Below are positions 21,755-31,143 of a stretch of 64,000 bases of DNA, piece by piece; the first letter of the stretch is position 1, and every line of letters begins with the position of its first letter. A model generated the notes under the pieces. That model saw nothing but the letters and a program-made list of their open reading frames with translations, did not search any database and was not told where the DNA came from. The translations under genes and the position numbers were made by a program. Source of the stretch: Clostridium sp. CAG:465 (GTDB lineage Bacteria > Bacillota > Clostridia > TANB77 > CAG-465). The stretch is from contig FR891276.1 in NCBI GenBank assembly GCA_000433755.1, forward strand, positions 2,544 to 66,543, given 5' to 3'.

Positions 21755-22204
21755 TTACTTAAGTTTAAGAAGCGTATTAGAAGCAGCTTTTCGTACTAAA
21801 TCACTTTCATCTTCAAAAGCAATTTTTTCAAGTTTTACCCTATTAGTAAGTTTTTCAGTTGCTGTGACTCTTACTAAGTAATCTTGATCATTAAAAGCAA
21901 TTCTTTCCAAAATCTCCTGATTAGTTACTAGTTTAGTTGCATTACTTCTTACAAGACTACTTTTATCTTCTAATGCAATTTTAGCAATTACATATTGATA
22001 TTTTATTTTTTCTACTACAGCTGATTTTATTTTTTCATTTTCCTCTTCAAATATAATATTCAAAAGACATTTTTGACTCAATTTCTTCTCGCGAATTATA
22101 AATAGTTTAAGTGACAAATTAGTTTCATAATTAAAAATAACCATTAAATCTCTTTCATAATTCAATTTTTTTATGTATTCTTTCTTCATTGCTAAATTAT
22201 TCAC
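21755..22204 (-). CDS. Hypothetical protein with HEAT/LRV-like repeats
   Basis: 149 aa. C-terminal repeats IALEDKSSLVRSNATKL / IAFNDQDYLVRVTATEKL / IAFEDESDLVRKAASNTL. Confidence 0.55.
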   Translation of the reverse strand: MNNLAMKKEYIKKLNYERDLMVIFNYETNLSLKLFIIREKKLSQKCLLNIIFEEENEKIKSAVVEKIKYQYVIAKIALEDKSSLVRSNATKLVTNQEILERIAFNDQDYLVRVTATEKLTNRVKLEKIAFEDESDLVRKAASNTLLKLK

Positions 22205-22419
22205 AATATGAGCTCCTTTAAAATAATGATTTTAATTTTGAAAATTTTTACCAACAAAATTATACCATGCCATTTATACTATGTCAATTTTTACTTTTAT
22301 AAAATTGCAATTTAATATGAGTTAACGTTGTTTTAAAAATGCATTATTCTGATGTATCATAATTAGATTTACAACATTAATGCTCTGTACTTTTTATCAC
22401 AAATAACTTATACTATATA

Positions 22420-23835
22420 TCATAATTTTGCAATTAATCTTTTAAAATGGTTACCTCTTTCTTCAAAATTTTTATACATATCAAAAGATGCACTAGCAGG
22501 TGACATTACAACAATATCATCTTCTTTTGCAATTTTATTTGCATAATTTACACATTCTTCTAAAGTATTAAATTCAACAATATCTAAAATTTCATCAATA
22601 TTTATATTTTCTTTTTTTGCCTCTTTAATTACAGCATTACGTATCTTAGTTGCTGTTTTTCCTATTAATATTAAATGACTTACTTTATCAAGTATGTATG
22701 GGGCTAATGGCTCATATGGTATATTCTTGTCATATCCTCCTGCAATCAAAATCACCTTTTTATTAAATGATTTTAGTCCTGCAATTGTACGAGATGGACT
22801 TGTTCCTATAGAATCATTGTACCATTTAACATTATTTATAGTTCTTACAAGTTCCATTCTATGTTCAACGCCACCAAATGTTGTTACCACTTCTTTTATA
22901 TCATCCTTGTCTACTAAATCATATACTGCAGTTGCAGCAGCACATATATTAGCAACATTGTGCATTCCAACTAATTTTACTTCATCTAAATTACATATTT
23001 TTGTTTTTCTACCAGATATATTTGAATATATCTTATTATCACAAAAATATACACCTTTTACTACACTCTCATTAATACTAAAAGCTCTAATATTAGTTTT
23101 TATGTTTCTATCTTCAATAAGTTTTAAATACTTATTAGTCATATCAGAATCTTTATTTAACACTAAAATATCATCACTATTTTGATTTAAAAATACATTT
23201 GCCTTTGCCATTATATATTCGTTATAATCGGTATGGTAATCCAAATGATTTGGAGATACATTTGTAATTACAGATATATCTGGACTCTTAGATAATGTCA
23301 TAAGTTGAAAACTACTTAATTCCAAAACAACAATATCTTCTTTTTTCATTTCATCTAGTTTTGAAAATAATGGTGTTCCTATATTGCCTCCAACCCACAC
23401 TTTATATCCTGCTGTCTCTAAAAACTTAGATATTAATGTAGTAGTTGTTGTTTTACCATCACTTCCTGTAACACCAATAATTTTACATGGAGCAAGTTCA
23501 ATTACTTTCTCTATTTCTGATGTAAGCGTAGTTTTTCCAAGTTCAACAGCTTTTTCTATTTCATAAGTAAAAGGCTTTATACCTGGAGATCTAAATATAT
23601 AATCATAATTTTCAAGGCCATCTAAATATTTATCACCAAGAACAAATTTTACACCTATTTTTTCTAAAACCTTTATTTCATCTGATATATTTTCTTTTTT
23701 ATCTCTAGCACTTACGAATGCTCCTAATTTTACTAAACTTTTTATTACAGGTACATTGCTTATTCCTATTCCTAATACTGCAACCTTTTTACCTTTTATT
23801 TCTTTTTTAAATTTTTCTAATTTTTCATTAATCAC
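22420..23835 (-). CDS. murD: UDP-N-acetylmuramoylalanine--D-glutamate ligase
   Basis: 471 aa. GVTGSDGKTTTTTL P-loop and a Mur ligase central/C-terminal layout. Not embedded in a dcw cluster here. Confidence 0.88.
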   Translation of the reverse strand: MINEKLEKFKKEIKGKKVAVLGIGISNVPVIKSLVKLGAFVSARDKKENISDEIKVLEKIGVKFVLGDKYLDGLENYDYIFRSPGIKPFTYEIEKAVELGKTTLTSEIEKVIELAPCKIIGVTGSDGKTTTTTLISKFLETAGYKVWVGGNIGTPLFSKLDEMKKEDIVVLELSSFQLMTLSKSPDISVITNVSPNHLDYHTDYNEYIMAKANVFLNQNSDDILVLNKDSDMTNKYLKLIEDRNIKTNIRAFSINESVVKGVYFCDNKIYSNISGRKTKICNLDEVKLVGMHNVANICAAATAVYDLVDKDDIKEVVTTFGGVEHRMELVRTINNVKWYNDSIGTSPSRTIAGLKSFNKKVILIAGGYDKNIPYEPLAPYILDKVSHLILIGKTATKIRNAVIKEAKKENINIDEILDIVEFNTLEECVNYANKIAKEDDIVVMSPASASFDMYKNFEERGNHFKRLIAKL

Positions 23836-23910
23836 AAAATACCACCTTCTTAGTTTATTATATTACAATATATTATAAAATTCAACAAAATTCATCATTT
23901 AATTCTACAG

Positions 23911-23948
23911 AAAAAAAGCTAATATAAAAGTTAACTTTTATATTAAGC
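23911..23948 (-). terminator. Rho-independent terminator after the DUF1540 gene
   Basis: On the minus strand: GCTTAATATAAAAGT-TAA-CTTTTATATTAGC followed by TTTTTTT. Confidence 0.7.
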
Positions 23949-23956
23949 ATTCTTTT

Positions 23957-24181
23957 TTATCTTTGGTTACTTCCAGCTGGATCACCTCTTCCAAGTCTTT
24001 CAGCAATATTCATTTCTCCTACATAGAAATATGAATCACAATATGTTTCTGCATCTGAAGTTCTTGTAACATCACCTACACATGGCCTTACTTTAATTCT
24101 ATCTAGTCTACAAGTACAATCTTCTAAACAATTATGTGCACATGATGAAACATTACATTCAATTTTTTGATGATACGACAT
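23957..24181 (-). CDS. DUF1540-like Cys-rich small protein
   Basis: 74 aa. CNVSSCAHNCLEDCTCRLDRIKV pattern is typical of DUF1540 (recalled). Confidence 0.7.
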   Translation of the reverse strand: MSYHQKIECNVSSCAHNCLEDCTCRLDRIKVRPCVGDVTRTSDAETYCDSYFYVGEMNIAERLGRGDPAGSNQR

Positions 24182-24240
24182 AAAATCATCTCCTTGGTAT
24201 TATTATTTACTAGTTTTTAAATAATAATACACTAATATAA

Positions 24241-25851
24241 CTATTTTATGCTATCTCTTAGTTTTCTGTGATAAGTAATTGTAAACCTATGAACTTCGTC
24301 TTGCAAAAATGTAAGGAAATTAAGAATATTTTTGTTATTTGATAAGTCAACTTCGTTTCCATCTTTGTCTATAAGGCCTCTAGTTCTATGTTTATCATTT
24401 TTTACCATACCATATACAAGTACATCTTCTTCTCCTGCCTCTTTAAGTGCCTTTTTTACCATATTAATTTGTGTCTTTCCTCCATCAATAAAAAATGCAT
24501 CTGGAAGTGGCCAGTCCTGACTATGTTTTAGTCTACGCGTTATAACCTCATACATAGATTTTGGATCGTCTTGTGTATCTGTACTCCTTATTTTAAATTT
24601 TCTATACATTTTTTTATTTAATTTACCATCTTCATATCTTATCATACATCCAACTATATATTCATTTCTTAGATTAGATATATCAAAACTTTCAATAGAA
24701 TTTATTTCAAATGATAAAGACAAAATCTCTGATAAATCAGCAAGTACATTTTTCTTTCTGTCTTCAATGTTTATCTGTATATTATTTTCAACCATATTAA
24801 TTAATTTTGCCTTATCTCCTTTTTTAGGACATGTAACATCTAATTTTATTTGCTTCTTTTCAAAGAATTCATTTAACAATTCTATATTTTCATCATCAAG
24901 CTTTACATATACTTTCTTTGGTATATCTTTATTATCTAAATAATAATTAGATACAATTGATTCAATAGATTCTGTAACCTCGTCTTTTGATATATCATTT
25001 AATATAACATTATCATGAAGTACAACTTTATAATCTCTAATTTTAAAAACTTGAACATATAACTGATTTAGATGATGTACATAGCCAAAAATATCTGTAC
25101 TTGTTTCATTTAAATTTCCAACTTTTTGTTTTAGACTTATTTTTTCTATATCATCTAAACGTTTTTTTAATTTTGCTGCCTTTTCAAATTCCAATTTTTC
25201 TATTTCTTCATCCATTTGTTTTTTTATTTCATCTTTTATTTCGGAATTCTTACCTTGTAAAAACATTACTATTTGATTTATCATCTCTTTATACTCTTCT
25301 CTTGATACATCATTTATACAAGGTCCTAAGCATCTTCCTATATGATAGTATAGGCAAGGTCTTGTAAGTTTCTTTTTTTCTAAATTATACCTGCAACGTT
25401 TTACAGGGAATATCTCTTTTATAGATGCAAGGCTCTCTTTCATAGCTCCCACATTTGTATATGGTCCAAAATACATTGCTTTATCATTTATTTTTCTTCT
25501 GGTTACTGTAATTATAGGATACTTATCTTTTATATTTATTTTTATATATGGATAAGTTTTGTCATCTTTAAGCATTACATTAAACTTTGGTTTATTCTCT
25601 TTTATATAATTACACTCTAATACTAAAGCCTCTACTTCATTTTCAGTTACTATATATGATATATCTCGTATTAAAGATACCATTTTTTCTATTCTTGCAG
25701 ATTTATTATTTTTTTGGAAATATTGTCTTACTCTTTTTCTAAGAGATATGGCCTTTCCCACATATATAATTTTACCATTCTCATCTCTCATCATATATAT
25801 GCCAGGATTAAATGGCAAATTATCAACAATATGTTTTACATGTTCTGTCAT
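24241..25851 (-). CDS. uvrC: Excinuclease ABC subunit C, short form lacking the C-terminal (HhH)2 domain
   Basis: 536 aa. GIY-YIG (GIYMMRDENGKIIYVGKA), UvrBC-interaction helix (FEKAAKLKKRLDDIEKI), endonuclease domain ending HRFTITYHRKLRDSIK-stop. Confidence 0.88.
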   Translation of the reverse strand: MTEHVKHIVDNLPFNPGIYMMRDENGKIIYVGKAISLRKRVRQYFQKNNKSARIEKMVSLIRDISYIVTENEVEALVLECNYIKENKPKFNVMLKDDKTYPYIKINIKDKYPIITVTRRKINDKAMYFGPYTNVGAMKESLASIKEIFPVKRCRYNLEKKKLTRPCLYYHIGRCLGPCINDVSREEYKEMINQIVMFLQGKNSEIKDEIKKQMDEEIEKLEFEKAAKLKKRLDDIEKISLKQKVGNLNETSTDIFGYVHHLNQLYVQVFKIRDYKVVLHDNVILNDISKDEVTESIESIVSNYYLDNKDIPKKVYVKLDDENIELLNEFFEKKQIKLDVTCPKKGDKAKLINMVENNIQINIEDRKKNVLADLSEILSLSFEINSIESFDISNLRNEYIVGCMIRYEDGKLNKKMYRKFKIRSTDTQDDPKSMYEVITRRLKHSQDWPLPDAFFIDGGKTQINMVKKALKEAGEEDVLVYGMVKNDKHRTRGLIDKDGNEVDLSNNKNILNFLTFLQDEVHRFTITYHRKLRDSIK

Positions 25852-25872
25852 ATTGCCTCCTATATATATTAA

Positions 25873-25893
25873 AAGAGGGTTATTAACCCTCTT
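25873..25893 (-). terminator. Hairpin downstream of spoVG (weak terminator)
   Basis: AAGAGGGTT-ATT-AACCCTCTT perfect 9-bp stem. Only a short T tract follows on the minus strand, so uvrC read-through is likely. Confidence 0.45.
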
Positions 25894-25908
25894 ATTTACA
25901 CTTTTTAA

Positions 25909-26172
25909 TTATTCAGCATCATCAGTTTCATTGTATTTGTCAATGATTGCTTTTTGTAACATTTCTCTAGTTTCAGTTTTGATTGGATGAGCTATGTCTT
26001 TAAATTCACCATTTGGAGTTTTTTTACTAGGCATAGCGATAAATAATCCTTTATCACTTTCGATAACTTTGATATCATGTATTACAAATACATCATCAAT
26101 TGTTATTGAAGCGATAGCTTTCATTCTGTTTTGAGAAGCTACTTTTCTTACTCTTACGTCAGTAATTTGCAT
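25909..26172 (-). CDS. spoVG: Septation/regulatory protein SpoVG
   Basis: [11 protein letters not shown]...[18 protein letters not shown]...[24 protein letters not shown] 26172 is preceded by AGGAAGG. The track ORF begins at a GTG three codons upstream. Confidence 0.9.
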   Translation of the reverse strand: MQITDVRVRKVASQNRMKAIASITIDDVFVIHDIKVIESDKGLFIAMPSKKTPNGEFKDIAHPIKTETREMLQKAIIDKYNETDDAE

Positions 26173-26305
26173 GTTGAACACCGCCTTCCTTATATGTAAT
26201 TATATTATTACACAAGATATTTTTAATGTCAATAGTTTTTTTACATAACTTTACATTTTTTTTAAAATTATTTTTTTACCAAAATATTCGACATTAAGCG
26301 ACATT

Positions 26306-26983
26306 TTATGCATACAAAATTCTAGTTCTTTTAACACTATAATTTAATTTTTCCGAAATATATTCAAAATATCCATCCATTAAATTTGAAATATCTAATT
26401 TTTTTCTAAGACCAGAACAAACAGTTATTTCTAAACTTCCATCAAGTAAAAAATCGAAATTTATTATATCTGATTTTATATCTATTCTTTCCATTCTACT
26501 TTTAGATTTTTTTACAATAGATATTTTATCTTGTTCTAAATATTTCTTTAAATTATTGATATAATTTCTTTTTATTTCTTCTATTTGTCTTGGCGTTTTA
26601 TCAATAAATTTATTATTATCATAAATTAAACTTACAAGATATGTTGATGCATACACTTTTTCCATTATATTAACGTTATCATCTTCATAATATTCAGCAT
26701 TTAGGACTGTAAGTCCTGATGGAAGTACACTATTAATTTGTTTAACAAAATATGGTATATCTAGTTTTTCTTCTAATTTTACCTCAACTATTTCTCCAAC
26801 ACTTTCAATTCCTTTTGGAAGAGGATCTGCAAAAATAATTATTGGCTTTGAATTTTTCTTTTCAGTATATTTTATCTTAATATCAGCTCTAATAAATGCT
26901 TGCTCAAATACATTAAACACATCTATATGAGTTAAAAATACAGCATTCTTTGATTTACTAAATACAATTCTCAAACTATTCAA
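26306..26983 (-). CDS. DUF2344 / radical-SAM-linked protein family (TIGR03936-like)
   Basis: 225 aa. LRIVFSKSKNAVFLTHIDVFNVFEQAFIRADIKIKYTE...ADPLPKGIES.GEIVEVKL resembles the family N-terminal pattern (recalled). Confidence 0.7.
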   Translation of the reverse strand: MNSLRIVFSKSKNAVFLTHIDVFNVFEQAFIRADIKIKYTEKKNSKPIIIFADPLPKGIESVGEIVEVKLEEKLDIPYFVKQINSVLPSGLTVLNAEYYEDDNVNIMEKVYASTYLVSLIYDNNKFIDKTPRQIEEIKRNYINNLKKYLEQDKISIVKKSKSRMERIDIKSDIINFDFLLDGSLEITVCSGLRKKLDISNLMDGYFEYISEKLNYSVKRTRILYA

Positions 26984-27003
26984 ATTTTTCTACCTTTCTA
27001 ACA

Positions 27004-27540
27004 TTAGAAATTAAATTTATCTAATATTTTTTTTGATTTTACTTCAATTTTTTCCATTCCCTCTTTTGTTATTCTATCCATTATATCTCTTGCTTCTCTA
27101 TATGCATTTTTATACTGTTCAGATGTTATCACAAAATTATTTAATGCACTATTTATTTTATCTTCGTTAATTAAAATCACATTTCTATTTTTAGTTATTA
27201 CAACATCTAAATATAAGTCATCATAAAATATTCTTTCATCTGAATCTATGCCATTCATGTTGGTAATATCTATATACCACTGAACTATCTGTTTGCTGTT
27301 ATCAAACATTATAGTTACTGTATATTTCTTCCCGGTTGGAATTAATTGTATCCAAGTATAGCCATCATCTAATATTAAGAAATTTTCAGTGCCATATGAT
27401 ACTTCAAACTTTTTATTTGCTTTTTCAACATAAATACCATATATATATCCATCAAAATTTTCATTTGTTATTTTTAATGTTTTATCTTTAAATTTTGTAA
27501 CTCTTATCCAATTACTTTTATCTACAAATTTTCTTATCAT
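27004..27540 (-). CDS. DUF402-like (putative nucleoside di/triphosphatase) protein
   Basis: Likely start is ATG 27540 (MIRKFVDK), with AGAGGAA upstream. WYIDITN...FYDDLYLDVV pattern. Confidence 0.6.
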   Translation of the reverse strand: MIRKFVDKSNWIRVTKFKDKTLKITNENFDGYIYGIYVEKANKKFEVSYGTENFLILDDGYTWIQLIPTGKKYTVTIMFDNSKQIVQWYIDITNMNGIDSDERIFYDDLYLDVVITKNRNVILINEDKINSALNNFVITSEQYKNAYREARDIMDRITKEGMEKIEVKSKKILDKFNF

Positions 27541-27668
27541 AAACGTTCCTCTACTAAACTCTATACTAGTATACCACACATTATTTTAATTTTCAAGTAA
27601 GCATCCCATATTATTTAATATTTTTCTCTGCTTTTTAAATATTTTTATAACTTTTTATTTACATAATA

Positions 27669-27697
27669 TTGATTTTTATATTTATTTATGTTATAAT
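27669..27697 (+). promoter_or_regulatory. Promoter with extended -10 for the 57-aa ORF
   Basis: TTGATT (27669-27674), 17-nt spacer, TGtTATAAT (27689-27697). Confidence 0.55.
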
Positions 27698-27758
27698 GTA
27701 GATAGATAGAAAACACACATTAATTTTTTAGAGCTACTGCTCAGAAAGGACCATATTC

Positions 27759-27932
27759 ATGAAAAGAAGAAAATTTGAAAACGCATTCACATTAACAACT
27801 GACTCAATATCATCCGAAAAAATAAGTGCTATTTACAATGACGTAAAAAATGGTACACTTACAAGGTATGAATTATACAAAAAATATCCAGGATGCGAAA
27901 AATACATTGATAAATTGTTAGAAAGAATGTGA
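27759..27932 (+). CDS. Small hypothetical protein (57 aa), stand-alone transcription unit
   Basis: AAAGGA SD, ATG 27759, MKRRKFENAFTLTTDSISSEKISAIYNDVKNGTLTRYELYKKYPGCEKYIDKLLERM, TGA at 27930. Has its own promoter and terminator. Below the ORF-track size cutoff. Confidence 0.5.
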   Translation: MKRRKFENAFTLTTDSISSEKISAIYNDVKNGTLTRYELYKKYPGCEKYIDKLLERM

Positions 27933-27936
27933 AATT

Positions 27937-27975
27937 AAAAGTCGGAAGTATATTTACTTCCGACTTTTAGTTTTA
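27937..27975. terminator. Bidirectional rho-independent terminator
   Basis: AAAAGTCGGAAGTA-TATT-TACTTCCGACTTTT followed by a T-rich tract. Sits between convergent genes. Confidence 0.75.
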
Positions 27976-28018
27976 AAAAAAAGAAAAAGGTAGCTAAAGA
28001 TTTAGCTACCTTGTCTAA

Positions 28019-28771
28019 TTAACCTATAAACTTAAATCTTTGAAGTTCAGCAAAGATAAACTTTGAATACTGTAACTTTGCTGTTATACAGAATAAATCA
28101 AAGTTATCATTAAATCTTTTCCAAGATTCTTTACCCATGCATTCTTCAAAATCATTTATAAGTAAACTCATAGAACCGGTTATTGCAGTATACAAAAGTA
28201 AATTGCTTACTTCTTTTTCTGTATACTCATCAAGCTTATCTGATGGTAATTTACCAAATGTTTCAATAATTTGACTTAACATTTGATAAATTGATAAATC
28301 CTTAACTTCATATTTGCCGTTATATACCATTTTAATTAGATCATATTTGGTATACTTTTCTTTATAAAGCTTACTTAAGATTTCCAATGATAGAAAATCA
28401 CAAAGCTTTTCTTCAAGAAATATTCCATACTCCTTTCCATCTTTTATTCTTCTGACGTTTGTTTCTGCAAAACTATCATCAGAGCTACAATAGTCTGATA
28501 TCATAACTTTGTTTATATTTCTAAACAAAAAATGAAATAGCTCATGTCCGATGATAAATTTTATGTATTCTTCCTTATCATTAGGATTTACAGTAAGTTT
28601 CATTTCATACTCCATGTCTGGCATTGATATGAGTTTACCATTTGTTTTTTCATCATCACTATATTCAATAGTTACTTGCATCATTTCAAACTTGGTTGAA
28701 AATAACAAACTATTGTTTAAGCTTTTGATGATTTGATTGCCAATTTCAATAATAAAATCAAAATATTTCAC
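28019..28771 (-). CDS. Hypothetical protein with HExxH zinc-metallopeptidase motif
   Basis: 250 aa. FIIGHELFHFLF (HELFH), with acidic candidates downstream (LEEKLCDF). No family recognised. Confidence 0.5.
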   Translation of the reverse strand: MKYFDFIIEIGNQIIKSLNNSLLFSTKFEMMQVTIEYSDDEKTNGKLISMPDMEYEMKLTVNPNDKEEYIKFIIGHELFHFLFRNINKVMISDYCSSDDSFAETNVRRIKDGKEYGIFLEEKLCDFLSLEILSKLYKEKYTKYDLIKMVYNGKYEVKDLSIYQMLSQIIETFGKLPSDKLDEYTEKEVSNLLLYTAITGSMSLLINDFEECMGKESWKRFNDNFDLFCITAKLQYSKFIFAELQRFKFIG

Positions 28772-28872
28772 TTTTTTCTACTCCTTAAAATATTAATTTT
28801 TAGGTTTATTTTTTCTACCTAGTATAGTATTATATCACATTTCTAAGTTTATGTCAACCAAAATATTAATTG

Positions 28873-30081
28873 CTACCTATTTATTTTAAACATGTTCATA
28901 TCTTTAGTATATAATCCTTTAACTGCATTTCTTAACATATCCGCTCCAATTGTTGCATACAATATTCCGTTCGAACCAAATGCAAGATTACAAAAACAAT
29001 TCGGCATATTTGGAATCTCGTCAATAATTGGCAATTCATCTTTAGTATTTGCTACTGTTGAATTAAAAGCAAATTCAATTGGAATTTCATCAATACTATA
29101 CAAAGTTTTTTGTAAATTATTAAATAAATTTCTATATTTTTCTGCTGAAATATTGTTTAAATATTTATTATCTAAAAACTTTTCAGTAAATTTTACATCT
29201 TCTCCACTATATATTACTCTATTATTTGGAGCAAATCTTAAAATATGCGATGGTTCCAATGTATCTCTTGCAGTAAAATTGGTATTAAAATTTTTTAACT
29301 TTTCAATCGGTTTTGATACTATTGAAAAAGTTTTGTATAACTCAGCAGGTGAATTTTCAAGATATTTCAATGTTTCGATTCCAGATGCCATTATTACTTT
29401 ATCTGATGTTATTCTAAAATTATTATGTGTTTTACATTCAACCTCATCTATCCTACATTTTATATCATCAATTTTTGTATTTTCAAATATTTTTACATTA
29501 TCCATTGTATCTAAATACTCAAAAAGCCCTTGCGTAAAAGAATATGGATTCATTATAGCGCTAGCATTCTTTGTTACAATACCACTATTTAAATTTACAA
29601 GAGAATGTGAATCAATATATACTGCATCAAATCCTGAATCTTTTCTTTTATCAAATTCCTTTGCAACAGCTCCTCTTTGCATAAATTTATTTGTAAAATA
29701 TATATTATCTTGCCTTAAAAATCCAGTTGGTGCTTTAAATTCTTTATTTATGTTTTCGATTTTTGAAATTGAATCTAAACAAAGTTTATATATCCTTGTT
29801 GCATCTTTTCTTCCAATACTCTTTTCAAGCTTTGACATTTCACTTTCAAGTTGATATTCAAGAGCTGCTGTATCTGCAATTGTATTTCCAAAACCAATAA
29901 TATTTTTTTCTACTGTAACAACATTTGCTCCCTCTTTTGCAAGAAAATATGTAGTAAGTGCTCCTGCTATTCCTCCGCCAATAACTAATACATCTGCTTT
30001 TATATCATGAGTTAAATATGGATATATCTTATTTATTTTTGATTTATTTTTCCAATATAAATTTCCATTATTTACTTGCAT
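28873..30081 (-). CDS. FAD-dependent oxidoreductase (DAO/glycine oxidase-like family)
   Basis: DVLVIGGGIAGALTTYFLAKEGANVVTVEK Rossmann dinucleotide motif. Likely start is ATG 30081 (MQVNNG), with AGAGGTG 6 nt upstream. Confidence 0.8.
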   Translation of the reverse strand: MQVNNGNLYWKNKSKINKIYPYLTHDIKADVLVIGGGIAGALTTYFLAKEGANVVTVEKNIIGFGNTIADTAALEYQLESEMSKLEKSIGRKDATRIYKLCLDSISKIENINKEFKAPTGFLRQDNIYFTNKFMQRGAVAKEFDKRKDSGFDAVYIDSHSLVNLNSGIVTKNASAIMNPYSFTQGLFEYLDTMDNVKIFENTKIDDIKCRIDEVECKTHNNFRITSDKVIMASGIETLKYLENSPAELYKTFSIVSKPIEKLKNFNTNFTARDTLEPSHILRFAPNNRVIYSGEDVKFTEKFLDNKYLNNISAEKYRNLFNNLQKTLYSIDEIPIEFAFNSTVANTKDELPIIDEIPNMPNCFCNLAFGSNGILYATIGADMLRNAVKGLYTKDMNMFKINR

Positions 30082-30213
30082 TAAAAACACCTCTGTTTAT
30101 ATCTTTTACTATATAATTTTTTTTATTCAGTTTATAACATTTTTTTCCATTTAAATTTTAACTGATTAATTGATTCTAAAATACAAACAATAATTATGAG
30201 GTGAAAAATATAA

Positions 30214-31143
30214 ATGAAAAAAAATAAATATATAATTATTTCACTTTTTGCATTTTTCTTTTTAATAGTTAAAAGTAAAGTTTTTGCATATAGCACATCA
30301 AATTTTAATCCTGAATATGGTATAACTACAAGCAATGTAAATTTAAGAAAACAAGCTCTAATAGAACCTCCAACTATTCTTTTTTCTCTTCCGAAAGATA
30401 CAAACATCAAAGTAGTTGGTACAATAAATGATTTTTACATTGTTATACTTAGTGATGGTAAAATTGGTCTTGTTTCAAAGGAATTTGTAAATATAAATGG
30501 AAATGAAGGTAATTTTCCTGAATATACTAATGTTGATAAATATTATGCCACTGCAAATTCTTCAGTTAATATAAGGGGCGGCGCTGGTACAAATTTTCAA
30601 ATTATTGGGAAACTAAAACAAGATGAAAAAGTTGAAGTAATTGGTAAAATTGATAATTTTTTATTAATAATAACAGAAAACAATTCTGTTGGTATGGTAA
30701 GGGATGACTTAGTTTCAAAAGTTTTTAATATTTCAGAGTCCCAAATAGATGATAAAGTTAATGAATTGCTTAACTTAATAAACAACGAAAGAGAAAAAAA
30801 TGGACTAATAAAACTTCAAATTCTACCAAGACTCCAAGAAATTGCTATGACTAAAGCTGAAGATATGGTAAAAAGCAACTATTTTTCACACGAATCGCCA
30901 AATTATGGCAATCCATTTGATATGATGAAAAATTTTGGAATTACATACAAAAGTGCAGGTGAAAACATTGCGGGAAACTCAAGTATTGAGGGTGCTTTTA
31001 ATTCATGGCTTTCATCTGAAAATCATAAGCAAAATATTTTATCTACAGCATATAACTACATAGGAATTGGTATAACTCCAAGTGAAAAGTACGGATACAT
31101 AATAGTAATAATGTTTATACGGAAAATAGCAAGCAGATATTAG
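30214..31143 (+). CDS. Secreted protein: two SH3b-like domains plus a CAP/SCP (YkwD-like) domain
   Basis: 309 aa. Signal peptide, then GITTSNVNLRKQA...DTNIKVVG and ATANSSVNIRGGAGTNFQIIGKL (SH3_3-like). C-terminal FSHESPNYG...GENIAG...WLSSENHKQNIL. Confidence 0.8.
   Translation: MKKNKYIIISLFAFFFLIVKSKVFAYSTSNFNPEYGITTSNVNLRKQALIEPPTILFSLPKDTNIKVVGTINDFYIVILSDGKIGLVSKEFVNINGNEGNFPEYTNVDKYYATANSSVNIRGGAGTNFQIIGKLKQDEKVEVIGKIDNFLLIITENNSVGMVRDDLVSKVFNISESQIDDKVNELLNLINNEREKNGLIKLQILPRLQEIAMTKAEDMVKSNYFSHESPNYGNPFDMMKNFGITYKSAGENIAGNSSIEGAFNSWLSSENHKQNILSTAYNYIGIGITPSEKYGYIIVIMFIRKIASRY

Noticed and set aside
28892-29854. 320-aa plus-strand ORF, plus similar long antisense ORFs at 9728-10354, 20742-21290, 22694-23185, 36051-36518, 37903-38493, 55981-56442, 4437-4817 and 4977-5345.
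   Set aside because: Each lies entirely inside a well-supported minus-strand gene with clear family motifs. Their products are low-complexity S/F/L/I-rich strings with no SD. They are typical shadow ORFs of AT-rich coding DNA.
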